From Schizochytrium sp. TIO01 (taxonomy: Eukaryota > Protista > Bigyra: Labyrinthulomycetes), in assembly GCA_004764695.1 (NCBI GenBank), contig SMSO01000032.1:5984483-6048482 (forward strand): DNA of 64,000 bases. The letters run 5' to 3'. The position numbers and the translations under genes are program-made. Within the stretch, counting starts at the first letter, position 1; every line of letters starts with the position of its first letter. The notes under the pieces are model-generated. The model did no database searches. It was not told where the DNA came from and saw only the letters and a list, made by a program, of their open reading frames with translations. Below are positions 17,969 to 29,460 of this stretch, one piece after another.

Positions 17969-20017
17969 ATGAGGCGGTTTGTCACAATCAGCTCGCCTCC
18001 CCCCTTGCCCAGGACCTGGGTAGGGCATGTAAATACACGCTCCGCTAGCTCAACAGTATCGCCTCTCGATATCTTACGTCATCCGATATTTTTGCATTCT
18101 AGCGATGTGGCAGAGTTCGAGAACCTAAAGGCCAAACGCATATCCTGTACCAAAGATATTGCGAGACTTAAGACGAGGATTCTGGAGAATCCCTCCAATG
18201 AAGACTGTGCGCTCAGCCGAAGCGAGCTGCGTTCTGACCGGTCCGGAACTGAGAAAGGTATGGAAGAGCAACCTGAAGAGCACTCCAGACTTGAAAGAGA
18301 ATGCTTGGAATCTGCAATGGACTTATGTTCGCAGATTCGATGCGCCGAGAAAAGAGGTGCGCGTCTCGATATAAGACTCAGGTACATTCAGAAGGAAACA
18401 ATAGAAAACGAAATGGTCATGTATCGGAGGCTCTATGGTCTTCGTAGGGAAGAGGCTGCATATAATTCCTTGCATAATCATAAAACCTCAGTACTCCAGG
18501 CACTCTCCAGTGCAACTCCTGAGTTACCTCGCAAAGAGTTACAGGTAAAGTGCTCTACTGACACTTCTGCATACCGTGCATCACCCATGCATGTTCATAA
18601 ATTGGAGATGGAAACTTTACTAAACTACTGTCGTGATGCTGGGTACATCGAAACTTTACAGGCAAGGCAAACTACGATTTCGCTAGAATCCTCAATACAG
18701 TACTTCAAGGATATAGGTACCGCAGGTGCATCTTCAATAATCCCACATATGTCTATTCTCTTGGGAGCAGTACTTGAAATCCTTCAAGACGGAGGAATTG
18801 AGCAAGTCACCGACACATCAAACCACCGTTTTGGAGACTACACCGAAACACGGGGCCCAGTGGATTTTGCAATTGGTTTAGAACCCTATGTGGATCAATT
18901 TAAACCTTGGGTCATTGGTGCACTTGAAAGACCTGAATTCCATCACGTTGATCTTTCTGATGAATACTGCAATCATGACTGTCGTGATGTCGATTGCACG
19001 TCACAACGTCATTCGAGGTTCTCAGTGATTCGTAAATTGTACACTTGGATGCTATGCAACAAGTCTCTAGTAGGTATCTACTCGAACTACTTCGATACAG
19101 CTCTGTTCTTTCGTGATTGCGCTGGCAATCTGCTAATTACACCATCTGTTAAATGTGATGCCGTGGGGGATATTGACAGAAACTGTCTAAGTGCAGCACA
19201 ACTTCTGGCACTGGGTATTATGATCGCAAAAGAGAACCGCGTACCAGAATTTACAAACAGCGAAGGGACGCTCCTTACGCCCTGCTCTAGTGAGTGTAGA
19301 CATGAAAAGCTACCCATGGGCTGCGAGGCTGAAAACGATGTTTACAAGGAAATTAACCAGGATACCAACGATGACGATTATGTCTTCAGTCTCGAAGTAC
19401 CTGACACAGAGTTCTACGGGCTTCCCCCCTCTCCAGATAAAAAAATCCCACCTCGGTCTGATTGGACATCTTTGCACCAACTGAAAGACGAAAAGTTCCT
19501 TGGCTGGTTTCGTCACGATGGTGAACCGGGAAGGATTTCCCGCTGTAAAATTCCGCATGCAACTAAAGGTAATGTAGATGCTGTACTAAAGTTGCTCGAT
19601 ACTTTCAAGGAATCGTATTTCGTCGACCATCTCAGGTTCGAAGCTATCGTTTACGATTCCTTGCTTCCGCTTCAAGGCAAGTGTGTACCAGAGTTTCTTG
19701 GTCTTGGATTGTTTCAAGATGGGTTCATGTACGGGCTTGGTTTAAGTTTTGCAGGCGAGCACGTTACAGATGACGACCTTACGGATAAGTTTAAGGAAGA
19801 GGCGGTAGCCGCTCTCAAGTCGATTCACTCACTTGGTGTTTTACATGGCGATATAGATCGCGACAATATTATGTGCAATCATGAGAAAGGCAAGAAGCCA
19901 ATGTTTATCGGCTTTGGTGAGGCCAAATTTAAGGAGGATATGGGTCTTGATGACTTTGCAAAAAGGGCTGACTCGGAAATCAGCTACCTCAAGAGAGAAC
20001 TAGAACGTAAACAGTAA
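17969..20017 (+). CDS. Paralogous coiled-coil + degenerate PD-(D/E)XK + kinase-like protein with a possible mitochondrial presequence
   Basis: IRKLYTWMLCNKSLVGIYSNYFDTALFFRDCAGNL matches IRQLYNYMVQSGKFVGVYSNYMFTAAFFRDCEGNL; FEAIVYDSLLPLQGKCVPEFLG, HGDIDRDNIM; DFG replaced by GFG; ATG 17969 begins MRRFVTISS...TRSASS. Confidence 0.85.
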   Translation: MRRFVTISSPPPLPRTWVGHVNTRSASSTVSPLDILRHPIFLHSSDVAEFENLKAKRISCTKDIARLKTRILENPSNEDCALSRSELRSDRSGTEKGMEEQPEEHSRLERECLESAMDLCSQIRCAEKRGARLDIRLRYIQKETIENEMVMYRRLYGLRREEAAYNSLHNHKTSVLQALSSATPELPRKELQVKCSTDTSAYRASPMHVHKLEMETLLNYCRDAGYIETLQARQTTISLESSIQYFKDIGTAGASSIIPHMSILLGAVLEILQDGGIEQVTDTSNHRFGDYTETRGPVDFAIGLEPYVDQFKPWVIGALERPEFHHVDLSDEYCNHDCRDVDCTSQRHSRFSVIRKLYTWMLCNKSLVGIYSNYFDTALFFRDCAGNLLITPSVKCDAVGDIDRNCLSAAQLLALGIMIAKENRVPEFTNSEGTLLTPCSSECRHEKLPMGCEAENDVYKEINQDTNDDDYVFSLEVPDTEFYGLPPSPDKKIPPRSDWTSLHQLKDEKFLGWFRHDGEPGRISRCKIPHATKGNVDAVLKLLDTFKESYFVDHLRFEAIVYDSLLPLQGKCVPEFLGLGLFQDGFMYGLGLSFAGEHVTDDDLTDKFKEEAVAALKSIHSLGVLHGDIDRDNIMCNHEKGKKPMFIGFGEAKFKEDMGLDDFAKRADSEISYLKRELERKQ

Positions 20018-21431
20018 CTAAGACTTTGTCTTGTATTCGCGCGCTATGTCTCTTGAGTTTTTTGGCGATTCTAAATAACCTGTTTCAAGATAAGCATGTG
20101 CGAGAATCTCGAGTGAGTCAGAGATGCTCAAGGGAGGTGATGAGAGATAAATTTGGTCAGCTAGAGTTTGGCTATGACGATGAAGGTTCTAAGAAGGCTT
20201 TAAAAGGCGTGATAATATATGGCTTTGAATTAACAATTTGTTATCATTGGGATTGAGTTTAAAGCAAGCCTGGTTCATGTTGCAATTAGGAAACGAAGAC
20301 ATACTTGATCTGCTCTAGACACAATTGACGAGGTCAGGTTCACTCATCTCTTTGACCATCAATTTATATTCCACCATGCTTGATTGTAGGAATGTGTATG
20401 CGTACTTTTGGATTCGGGTTTCCCCTCCATGCACGACTGGTTGTTTTATTCTATTATGAGTAAGCTCTAAACCCATGACGTCTTACACAGAGATAACCTA
20501 CTGTCTTGCTCGCTAGTACCTTCGATTGTAGATCTTGGCAAAGAGCTATAATGTTTCAAGCCAAACCGGACAACACCTTGTAGGTACTACGTCAGTTTTG
20601 ACATTGCCTTTATTGGTCATACTCAAGGGTAAACTTCATTGAGCCTGAGTCGAATGAGATGAAAGTACAGCAATATGAAAAAAGAGTCCCTCTAAAGCTT
20701 TTCTTCTTTGAAGTAGACTTAGATTTTAACTCTCGCATGATGTGGAAAATCCCCACCGGGCGTTTTGGTTACGCGACTGTGTCCAGAAATGGCCCTATAG
20801 TACACTTTCCAATTTAAGACGTAGTACTTTCCAAAAGTTCTACATCTAAAGTTCCTTACCACTCCGTCGGGGTGTTGAATAGCTTTTTGACCCTTTCTTT
20901 AAACAGCACTAGAATGATAAAGCAACCCAAAGGTCGGACCTTTTACTACATGGGAACCTCAACAAAACGTGTGAATGCTTGTTGTCATTTTCATGCGCTT
21001 TCAACATTATAGAATCATCTACCATTAACCTGTATTTGAAAGATTAATTAAAATCGAAGCCATAACAAGTGGACTGATACAGGAAACTGGTTACCCTCAT
21101 ATACCAAGAGTTGCAAGTCCTTTGATTTTGTATCAACCATGTTATGAGAACCAGGCTCTCCAGGTCCTCGCGCGACGCATCTCCCTCCCCCCTTATCAAG
21201 TATCTATTGCTGCAAAGCATATGATACTTAACTTTGTGCAACCGATTTATGCTCTGCAATGCATTTGTTGCGATATGGAAGCATAGGTATCCGCGCGAAC
21301 TCCTTTGCTGAAGCACTAATCTTGAGAAAACGGAATGGCCGATGACCGATAAATGAAAATGATAATAATTAATTATTTAACAATATCTCTCATCGCCTAC
21401 CCTACGGTTGCATATATAACCCTTATTTCAA

Positions 21432-23605
21432 CTATTCCGGAGTGCATAGATATGGACCCAATAGGTTTGCTTGTGAAAAGAGGGCACCAATTTTCATTCG
21501 CATGTTTCCTAGCTGCTCCTGGGCTTGGCGTAGATAAACTTCTTTAGCACACAATGTACACCCAGCGCCTTCGTACTCAGCCTTTGCACTGTCAGCACAC
21601 AACCGCATCCTCTTTCCACTTGCTGGCAACGATAGAGCCTTAATAACAACTTGAACAGCCCCGAGTTCAGTATATGTTTGCTTGGTAGATTCTAAATTCT
21701 CCCGCGCATCTGCAATGCATTGATTAAGCTCAAGCTCTACATCGGGATAAATTCCAATATCAAGCTCAAAGTCGTCCCAGTCATATCTGTGTTTAGAGAA
21801 GCAGCGCTTCTGTTTCGTCAGTAAATTGGAACAATCATTGCAGAGGTCTTACCGTAGCACCTACATGAGTTCAGTTAGACTCCAATTGTCTCGAAGAGCC
21901 GAGATAAGCGCAGCTCCGCCCTCACCACCGATGTTATTATCTTCAAGACTGCAGAACCAACCAACCATTATTGTGTTTTTTGTGTATTTAGACATATTTC
22001 GAGCAATCAAACACATTAGTTAACCATTCAGAATTGAATATGAGATAATTCACAAAAGGCCAATTCCTACGTACTCTAAAGATCGTAGAGAAGTGTTTAC
22101 CCTTAGAGAAGCTGCCAATGCTATTGCACCTTGGTCGCCAATGTTATTGTCCAGAAGACTGTTGCAATAGGCACAGGAAAGTGTCAGAAAGACAATCATT
22201 AGTAAATAAAAAAGTTCACAAGTCGTGTAGCTCATTTCCAAAGAGTGTTTTTGAATCCAGATCAACGCACTTCAGGGATGTAAGAAATTGGTTTTCTTTT
22301 AATGCATCGGCAAGGGCTTTGCCTCCCTTGTAGCCAATGTTGTTATTTTCAAGACTGTGCAGAAACTCTCACTCAGTTAGTTACCCAGCCATACATATCC
22401 GGCCAAATAGATGTATTCTCAGCAGTACATTCATCATGTAGGACTAAACTTACTACAAAGACGTCAGCGACCTGTTCACTTTGAGAGCTGCACCAAGAGC
22501 TTCCCCACCTTCATGGCCAGTATTGTTATGGTCTAGACTGTGGTTAAGAATCGTATCCAAATATGAACAAAGTTTCATAAAGTTAGGCGATCATATTGGA
22601 ATGGCACGAGACAGGCATTCAAGCGACCATAACTATACATTTCAAGTAGGCTTCCTCTTCCATTGGAACTTACTTTAAATCTTTCAAGCAACAATTTTGT
22701 TTCAGAGCGTCTGCTATTGCCACTGCACCAGCTGCGCCTATTTCATTGTTTCGAAGACTAAATTACCCAACGCACGTCAGTCAATTCAAATTTCAATGCG
22801 ATGCATTAGTAACTGTGAATTATTGCACAGCACATGACCCGCAGTAGATGAATTTTCACGGGCCACACGACTTACTCTAGAGATTTTAAGACATTGTTTT
22901 CCTTTAGCGCTGTTGCTAAAGCATGACCACCTTTATTGCCGATTTTGTTACCTCTCAATCTTCAATTTGTACGTCATGAGAGAGAATCAGCCACGTTCAT
23001 ACAATGTAATTGGTTCATATATACATATATATTTAATGTGTGAGTGCAAATAAAATTCTCTATGGTAGGTAGTTCACCATTCGATTGCGTGCACAGCTGT
23101 TTTAGAAAACTTACTCAAGAGAAGTGATAACTGTGTTTACCCTCAGCTCCTCGGCTAGCGCAAGCACGCCATTGTCACCGATATTGTTATAGGACAGACT
23201 GCACGTTGATTTCGATGTGTTAATCGTTTTGCTTATTATAAGTCGCAGGGGTTCTTGCTGTTTTATACTAAATCATGTCAAGAAACTTACACCAGAGACT
23301 GTAAGTTGAGGCTGTTATTGATTGCCAAAGCAAGCACTGCCACCCCGTCGTCATTAAGATTATACCCATAAAGGCTATTGTTTGTTCGGCAGAACCAGAA
23401 AATTCGTTTGGGTTAGTCTCTCCCACCTTATCCCTTATTCCAAAGAGCGTGAAAAATCTCATCAGAACCTAAATGCACTAGTACCAGCTCAAACCAATGC
23501 ACAAAGATATGCGAACTTAATATAACAAAAAAAAACTTACTCAACTTCGGCTCTTCCATCACCGAGTAATTCAAGTGCCTTCGTGACTTGGGGGCTTTCC
23601 GACAT
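21432..23605 (-). CDS. Ribonuclease-inhibitor/NLRC3-type LRR protein, 10 exons, 363 aa
   Basis: Exons 23605-23541, 23374-23291, 23198-23115, 22959-22876, 22757-22674, 22537-22454, 22354-22271, 22158-22075, 21948-21865 and 21786-21432. All introns are GT-AG, phase 2. Each 84-bp exon encodes LxxNxIGxxGxxALAxALxxNxxLxxL. Spliced CDS is 1092 nt and open. Confidence 0.9.
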
Positions 23606-26600
23606 CTTCTCAAATACCTTTTTTGCGGGTCTGGCTGATTTGTTGTGATTTTATGCACTTCCTCAAAACAAGATTCCGTGCAATGTCTTGATACGAAGTC
23701 TTAAGGTGGAAAGTCGAGAGCGCAGAGTTACACAATTGATGCCAACGAAGCTCGGCGGTCGAGATCTGTTGGTGCAGAGCTATGCCACGTATATCATTCA
23801 ATTGACTTAACCTGACTTGACAGGCCTTTGGTTTCCCCTGTGATGTACGTAGACTCCACGAAGCGCAACGAAACACCCAAGAAGCGCAGGTGTATATCTC
23901 GCTATCCACACCTCTGGAAAAAGAATCTGCTCGTGCCTCCTCTCTACTAAGCTGCTCGCACTGTGCTGTTAGCCTTGACCTCAAGTAACACACGGAAACA
24001 GGCTGCGCTCCCTTGCCACAGCTAGCCGATGTTTGATTGTTTGGTTCAAATGCTCGCCTCCCCTTACTGTCCACCGCTTGCTAGCTCAACGTGTTCTCGC
24101 CAACTGCTGTCACTATCGCTATCTCCACGATCAAACAGACTTGGGTTCGTCAGTCTTCTTCTCCGCTGCGTCGCGTTTACTTTTTGCTCCCCTCGCTGCG
24201 GCGGCGGCCCAGCTTTTGCTCGCGAAAATTTCACTTTGAAAAAACACTGCTACCTATATGTATATTACTAACACTCTGAGTTGAGTTGGTGAACCATAAT
24301 TGTTTTTTCTTAGGTGGTGGGTAGGCTAGAGTAGGTTACGCATTACAACACCAAAACCAAAGTCTCTCAGTCAGCAGCAAAAAGATCTCACAACTACATG
24401 ACAATAGGTAGGTAGTACACATAAAGAAAAGTACTCGATGAACAAAACAACACCATCCTAAAAAAGTCTTTTGATTCGAGTAGATTGGGAGCAGCTGGCT
24501 ACCCTAGTAAACATTAGGATAGGCAGCTAGCTGCTCATACCCTTTTCCCTCCAGTTTTCACCCACTTCGCAGATGGATACCTAACCTTTATTATTATTAT
24601 CATTATTTTCATTTTATTTTAAAAAATGGATTAAAAGAAGCAATTGTATCCAGTGTCCAGCATTAATCAGAACAACTGAAGAAACGTGGCAGAGCATAGG
24701 TCTTCTTTCCTTCATCACGCCGCACTTGCAGCCTGGAGAGCATGCTACTATGCTTTCCGAGGCACTTTCTAGCCTGAGCTACCTCGGTGAGCTCAGAAAG
24801 AGTCCCGTGATCGTGCTGGCTCCTCCAAGCGGTAACCTAGCTAATTGCGCTTTCCCGTAGAGTCCGCGGCTGTCGTGACCGCCCTCGGCCTATAAGTACG
24901 CATATGTAACAGCATTAACTATTCCCAAGAAGCGGCTAGTTTTCATTGGCTGAAAGGATACCCAAACTTGTATATATGTATATATTGCATCGTAACTTGA
25001 AACATGAGTCAACATGGTTTTCGGCGAGGCTGTGTCCACAAAGATACTGTGGAGCTAGCACACCCCATTCATTCGTGTGTACCTCTAGAGATTGGTACTA
25101 CCACCTCATGGCTCAGAGCCAGGACAGCGGACCCTAGGTCCGATCAAGGTACAAACAAACTGCAAATGTATTCATTCAACATGAAAGTTGAACGCGCGCT
25201 GAGGAGGATCTCATCGCATGCACGCATTTACATATATATATATACACACACCCAACGTTGCACAGCTCTCCTTAGTCCTGAGGTCTTTACTAGAATGAAA
25301 GCCCAAATATTGTGCAGCGCTAGCCTAAGTTTCATCGCGGATTTATTCGAGCATATCTGCCATTGAGGCCACAACAGTCCACGTGTTGGTCGGATCCAAG
25401 ATTCTCCTTCCTATCAAGAGCAAGGTTATCTTTCCCTCCAGAGTAACTGAGACAAAGTCCCTAAAGATGTACATCGCTCGCTGAGTGAAAAAATAGTGCA
25501 AAGTCGGTCTTATCAATTTTTAATTAATTAAAAAATGATTAGAAAAATAAAAAAACTCAAGCCAAAACAATCACTCGCTGTCTAAGGTATCTAGATACCT
25601 AGCTAGCTAGTTACCACCTGTCGGTAACGAGTGATTGCTTAGCTTGCGTTTTTGAACTATGGCAAACGATTTCAACTCATTACCTCTTGTTAGCAAGCGC
25701 AACATGTCGACTAGTGAGAGTGTTTGGGTAAACAGAAATTCATATCAGTACACCTACCTAAGTAGGACTAGCCTGGGTTTTGTAAGTCTTATTCCCTTCT
25801 TCATGGTCACTCTCATGGGTAATTTGAGGTTTTACCAAACTTAAATTAAAGGGGTTGATAGAAAACACCTCCTCTGTCAAACAAGCGTGGATCATTCTTA
25901 ACGCACACCTTCTAAGCTTCAATCTTCTTAATAAAAATCTTTTTAAAAAACTCAAGCTTAAATGATTACTAAGATTGTTCTTCAAGTTTGAACAGAAGCT
26001 ACACTAACTAGCTTAGCTACTCCTATCAATCCTTTGCCCAGAGTCTCCGCCTCTAATTGAGAAAAAAACAAAGGCAAAACATTTACTTCATACGACGAGA
26101 TACGTTGGTTTTTACCCCCAGGTCAAAGAATGAATAGGAATACCTTTCAACTTAGGCTAGACGATCACCTCTGCTCTTGAAAAAGCAAACAAAAACAAGG
26201 CAAAAATATAAAACTGAGAATCTCTCAGAGTTAAAAATCAGTGGAGAGAACATGTCGCATTTTTATGAAGCACACCGTTAATGCGAATTCGTATTTACTG
26301 TGAATTCGTATTTACATAATACGAATCTAAAAGCTTAAAAACAAAGGGGGTGGAATATCTTTTAAATGAAACTCCGCGGGATGCCATGTACACCTATTTA
26401 CGAGAATGATAAAAGAGGAGGGGAAGAAGTAAAAACACCAAACAGCATGAGTACTTCTGTAGAAACAAATAATCATGTTTCTTCTCGTAGCAACCCAACT
26501 TCAGATTCATGAAAGCTACTAAGATTACCTTTCATGTTTTTCTGATTTCTTTTTTTTTTTTTTTGAGAGAAGCAAATAGCGTATATGTTCATTACTACAA

Positions 26601-27354
26601 ATTTTGGTATGAATTGCTTGTTTATCAATCAACTATTTTCCATGAAAATGGTTGGTGCTTTATATTCGACTACAATGTGCGAAAGCAAGGTTATTGGGTT
26701 TTGTTTCCATGCTGGAATTGACCGTATTAAGTCACTACGCAAATCAGGTTTTCTTACATTGTTTTGGCTCTGATCCTTTAGAAAAACAAAATATGGAACT
26801 GCCATTAGCGAATCTTATTTGAATGAAAGTGTTCTGAACAGACTTACTAAGACCAGATCCGATCAAAGTGCGAATTACTGCAACTCAGGTATTTCTATAA
26901 ATTTAAAGTTCAAAAGCATGTTAGCAGCTAAGGATTGATCTTTTCGATTATACTTGTTTGAACTGACTTACCTTGGTTATTTCGTTTTAGACCATTTCTC
27001 ACTCTAGGCAGCAGTCCTCCAATGGATTGTAATTTGCCTATATTCGTGTTCTGGTAATGAGAAAAAAGTGGTAGTTCTACTTAGAGTACTGACTATGCCT
27101 TATGTAAGGTGGTAGAATTCACATATCCGTTGTTCAAAGTACATAGGAATCAAAGAGTCTAACAGGTTAAGCCTAGCAGTTGGGGAGTTCATATGTGTGC
27201 AGGGCCTGATTGTGTCGCCCAGCAGAACTGGTGCACAACCAAAACCAAATGAAAAGAGTAAAGGAGGCTACGTATGAAGCTTTGAAGCTCAAGACAGTGT
27301 TGCTGGCATCGTACCTGCTTGGCTTGCACTAGCCTTGTTGAACAAACTTAAGCC

Positions 27355-28260
27355 ATGGTACGCTTCCTTTTGTTTTGGGCAGTAGCTTGCATTTTCATAG
27401 AGAGAAGTAATGCATCATCAGACGTTTTTGCAGGATCCTATGTCGCGGTAAGAAACGAAGCTTGCGTTGACAGTTCTGGCTCTTCGCTGGATAGCGCACT
27501 ATATGATGCGACGGGCTCCCGGCGAGAGTGCTTTCAGCTTTGTGACAACGTCACACAGTGTGTTGCCTTACTCACCAGCGGAGTATCAAACCAAGACTCA
27601 ACATGCACGTTAAATTTTTTCGACGGAACTATACCACAAAACCTTCCAAAGCTTTATGGTGTTGAGCCTGACATCTACAACTCATCAACTGCTGAGTCAC
27701 TGTCGTCCGATTATTCTTATGCTTATACTCAAGAGCTTGAAAGTAATCTGGTTTGTTATATGAAATTGACTAATGCACCTACGTCTTCCCAAACGGCGAG
27801 CCCAACACAAGGTCCAACACAAGGTCCAACAACACCTCCTCTAACAATGGAGCCCACGCAAACCCCTACAAAGGAGCCCACACAGTATCCTACGGCAGGA
27901 CCAACACAACAGCCAACGACACATCCAACAACTATTATAATAACTTCCTCGCCAACTACAGAGCCGACACCTCCCCCTACATTGCATCCGACAACTGCTG
28001 TAATATCAACTTCCTCGCCGACGTTATCTCCCACGACAGATTTGAAAACCTCAGCTCCATCAAAAGCACCTACAAGAACTCCAACAATTGCTCCTACAAC
28101 AGCATCTCCAACCGGACCAACCACTGCTTCTCCAACGACCGCCTCGCCCACGGCTGCCTCGTCACTTGTACAAATCAGCTCGGCATCAAGGAGCAGCCGA
28201 CGCATCGACTACACCTCTGCGTTGCTTGCGCTTGCGCTTGCACTTGCCTATTTCATTTAG
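27355..28260 (+). CDS. Secreted, probably GPI-anchored mucin-like surface protein with a PAN/Apple-like N-terminal module
   Basis: Signal peptide MVRFLLFWAVACIFI; ECFQLCDNVTQCVA...CTL; PT-rich stalk; hydrophobic C-terminus ALLALALALAYFI after small residues. Confidence 0.85.
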   Translation: MVRFLLFWAVACIFIERSNASSDVFAGSYVAVRNEACVDSSGSSLDSALYDATGSRRECFQLCDNVTQCVALLTSGVSNQDSTCTLNFFDGTIPQNLPKLYGVEPDIYNSSTAESLSSDYSYAYTQELESNLVCYMKLTNAPTSSQTASPTQGPTQGPTTPPLTMEPTQTPTKEPTQYPTAGPTQQPTTHPTTIIITSSPTTEPTPPPTLHPTTAVISTSSPTLSPTTDLKTSAPSKAPTRTPTIAPTTASPTGPTTASPTTASPTAASSLVQISSASRSSRRIDYTSALLALALALAYFI

Positions 28261-29096
28261 AAAAGCTACACATGAGATGGAAATATCTACCACCGTGACC
28301 ATTTTATGAAGACGATATCTTTGTCGAAATAGAATTTTATGCTAGTAGCTCCACCAAAGCTACAAGAGTATGTTCTATGTTCCTGTGACGATGATACCTC
28401 ATTTGTACACCTCCTTGTAACTCTTCAGCAAATCAAACAGTGGTTTTGACCTAAACTTGTTTTTGATCAAGCAAAGACGCCTCTGCAATGGAAAATGACA
28501 TATCTTAGAAAGAAGCATGCGGTGCCTACCTACCATGACATGATGATTATTATAAAGTGGATAAGCTGATTATATTTACTATTAGGCATGAATGAGTTCG
28601 TTCGTTGATCACTTTGGGTTCGCTCTATTAAAATTTCAAAACTTGCATTTCCTATGGTGACAAAGTGCGGCTGAGGCCCAATCGCGGGTTGAACACTAAC
28701 CCGCAGCTCGAAGACAATGATTAAATCACATCCTTGGATGGATGGCGAGCGCAAGAGGATGCATCTGGCAGAGATGATATCACAATCAGCGAGGGGTTTG
28801 AATTCATTTGAAGCATTTGAAATCCTTGATGTATTCCGAGTTCGTCGTGGGTGGTGCCACATTTATTGCATGGTCTTGAAGTGCAATCCTATCGGCAAGT
28901 GACCAGTTTTCACCAAGGGCAAGGGGCAAGCTCTGCTCTGCGAATGAGCGATTGTCAGTAGCTAACAGCACATCATTCGAGCTGTCTCGATTTTGATCCA
29001 TTTTGTCAACTTGTTGAGGTTTCAAATTTAGGGCAAAGGGATAATAACACAGTAGTTTTCACAGAGCCAAAGTGTAAGCTTGCGGTTAATCTCGGT

Positions 29097-29460
29097 AGCT
29101 CAGTAGTGCGCGCAAGCCTGGCCTGTTGAAGTTGATCCCTCTACTGATGTCTTTGTAGACGGTGGTGGCGTTTGGATCGGAATCCTGAAGGTCACCAATC
29201 TGGCATTTGAAATTCTCTGTTTGCTTGGCGGAGGCCACTCTGGCGTAGAAAATGGCGTGGTCAGTGCTGCATTGCTCGCGACCGTCGGAGCAAACCTCAG
29301 CCATAGGTGCACTCAACGTCATGACTTGCGTATATGCAATCGCCTCCAGGGAAGCAACCGAAGAGCACTTGATGAGACGCCAAACTTCTGCCCAAAGTAC
29401 TTTGACAATTTGAATTGAAGGTTCGCTTCACTTGAAGTGTTTGGGGCTTGGTGGTTCCAT
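29097..29460 (-). pseudogene. Degenerate IS607-family serine recombinase (TnpA) fragment
   Basis: IFYARVASAKQ...QIGDLQ...YKDISRGINFNRPGLRALL matches the IS607 resolvase pattern YARVSS.KQ...D..SG.NF.R.GL..LL. Upstream frameshifted KFGVSSSALR and LPGG resemble the MerR-like HTH. Catalytic Ser is Ala and the C-terminus is truncated. Confidence 0.8.

Noticed and set aside
23610-24074. 154-aa minus-strand ORF as part of the LRR gene
   Set aside because: It stops at 23610 before the LRR start at 23605 and has no recognisable motif; probably leader or non-coding.
28300-29090. Fanzor/TnpB downstream of the IS607 fragment
   Set aside because: No long ORF and no RuvC or zinc-finger motifs are recognisable in the short frames.
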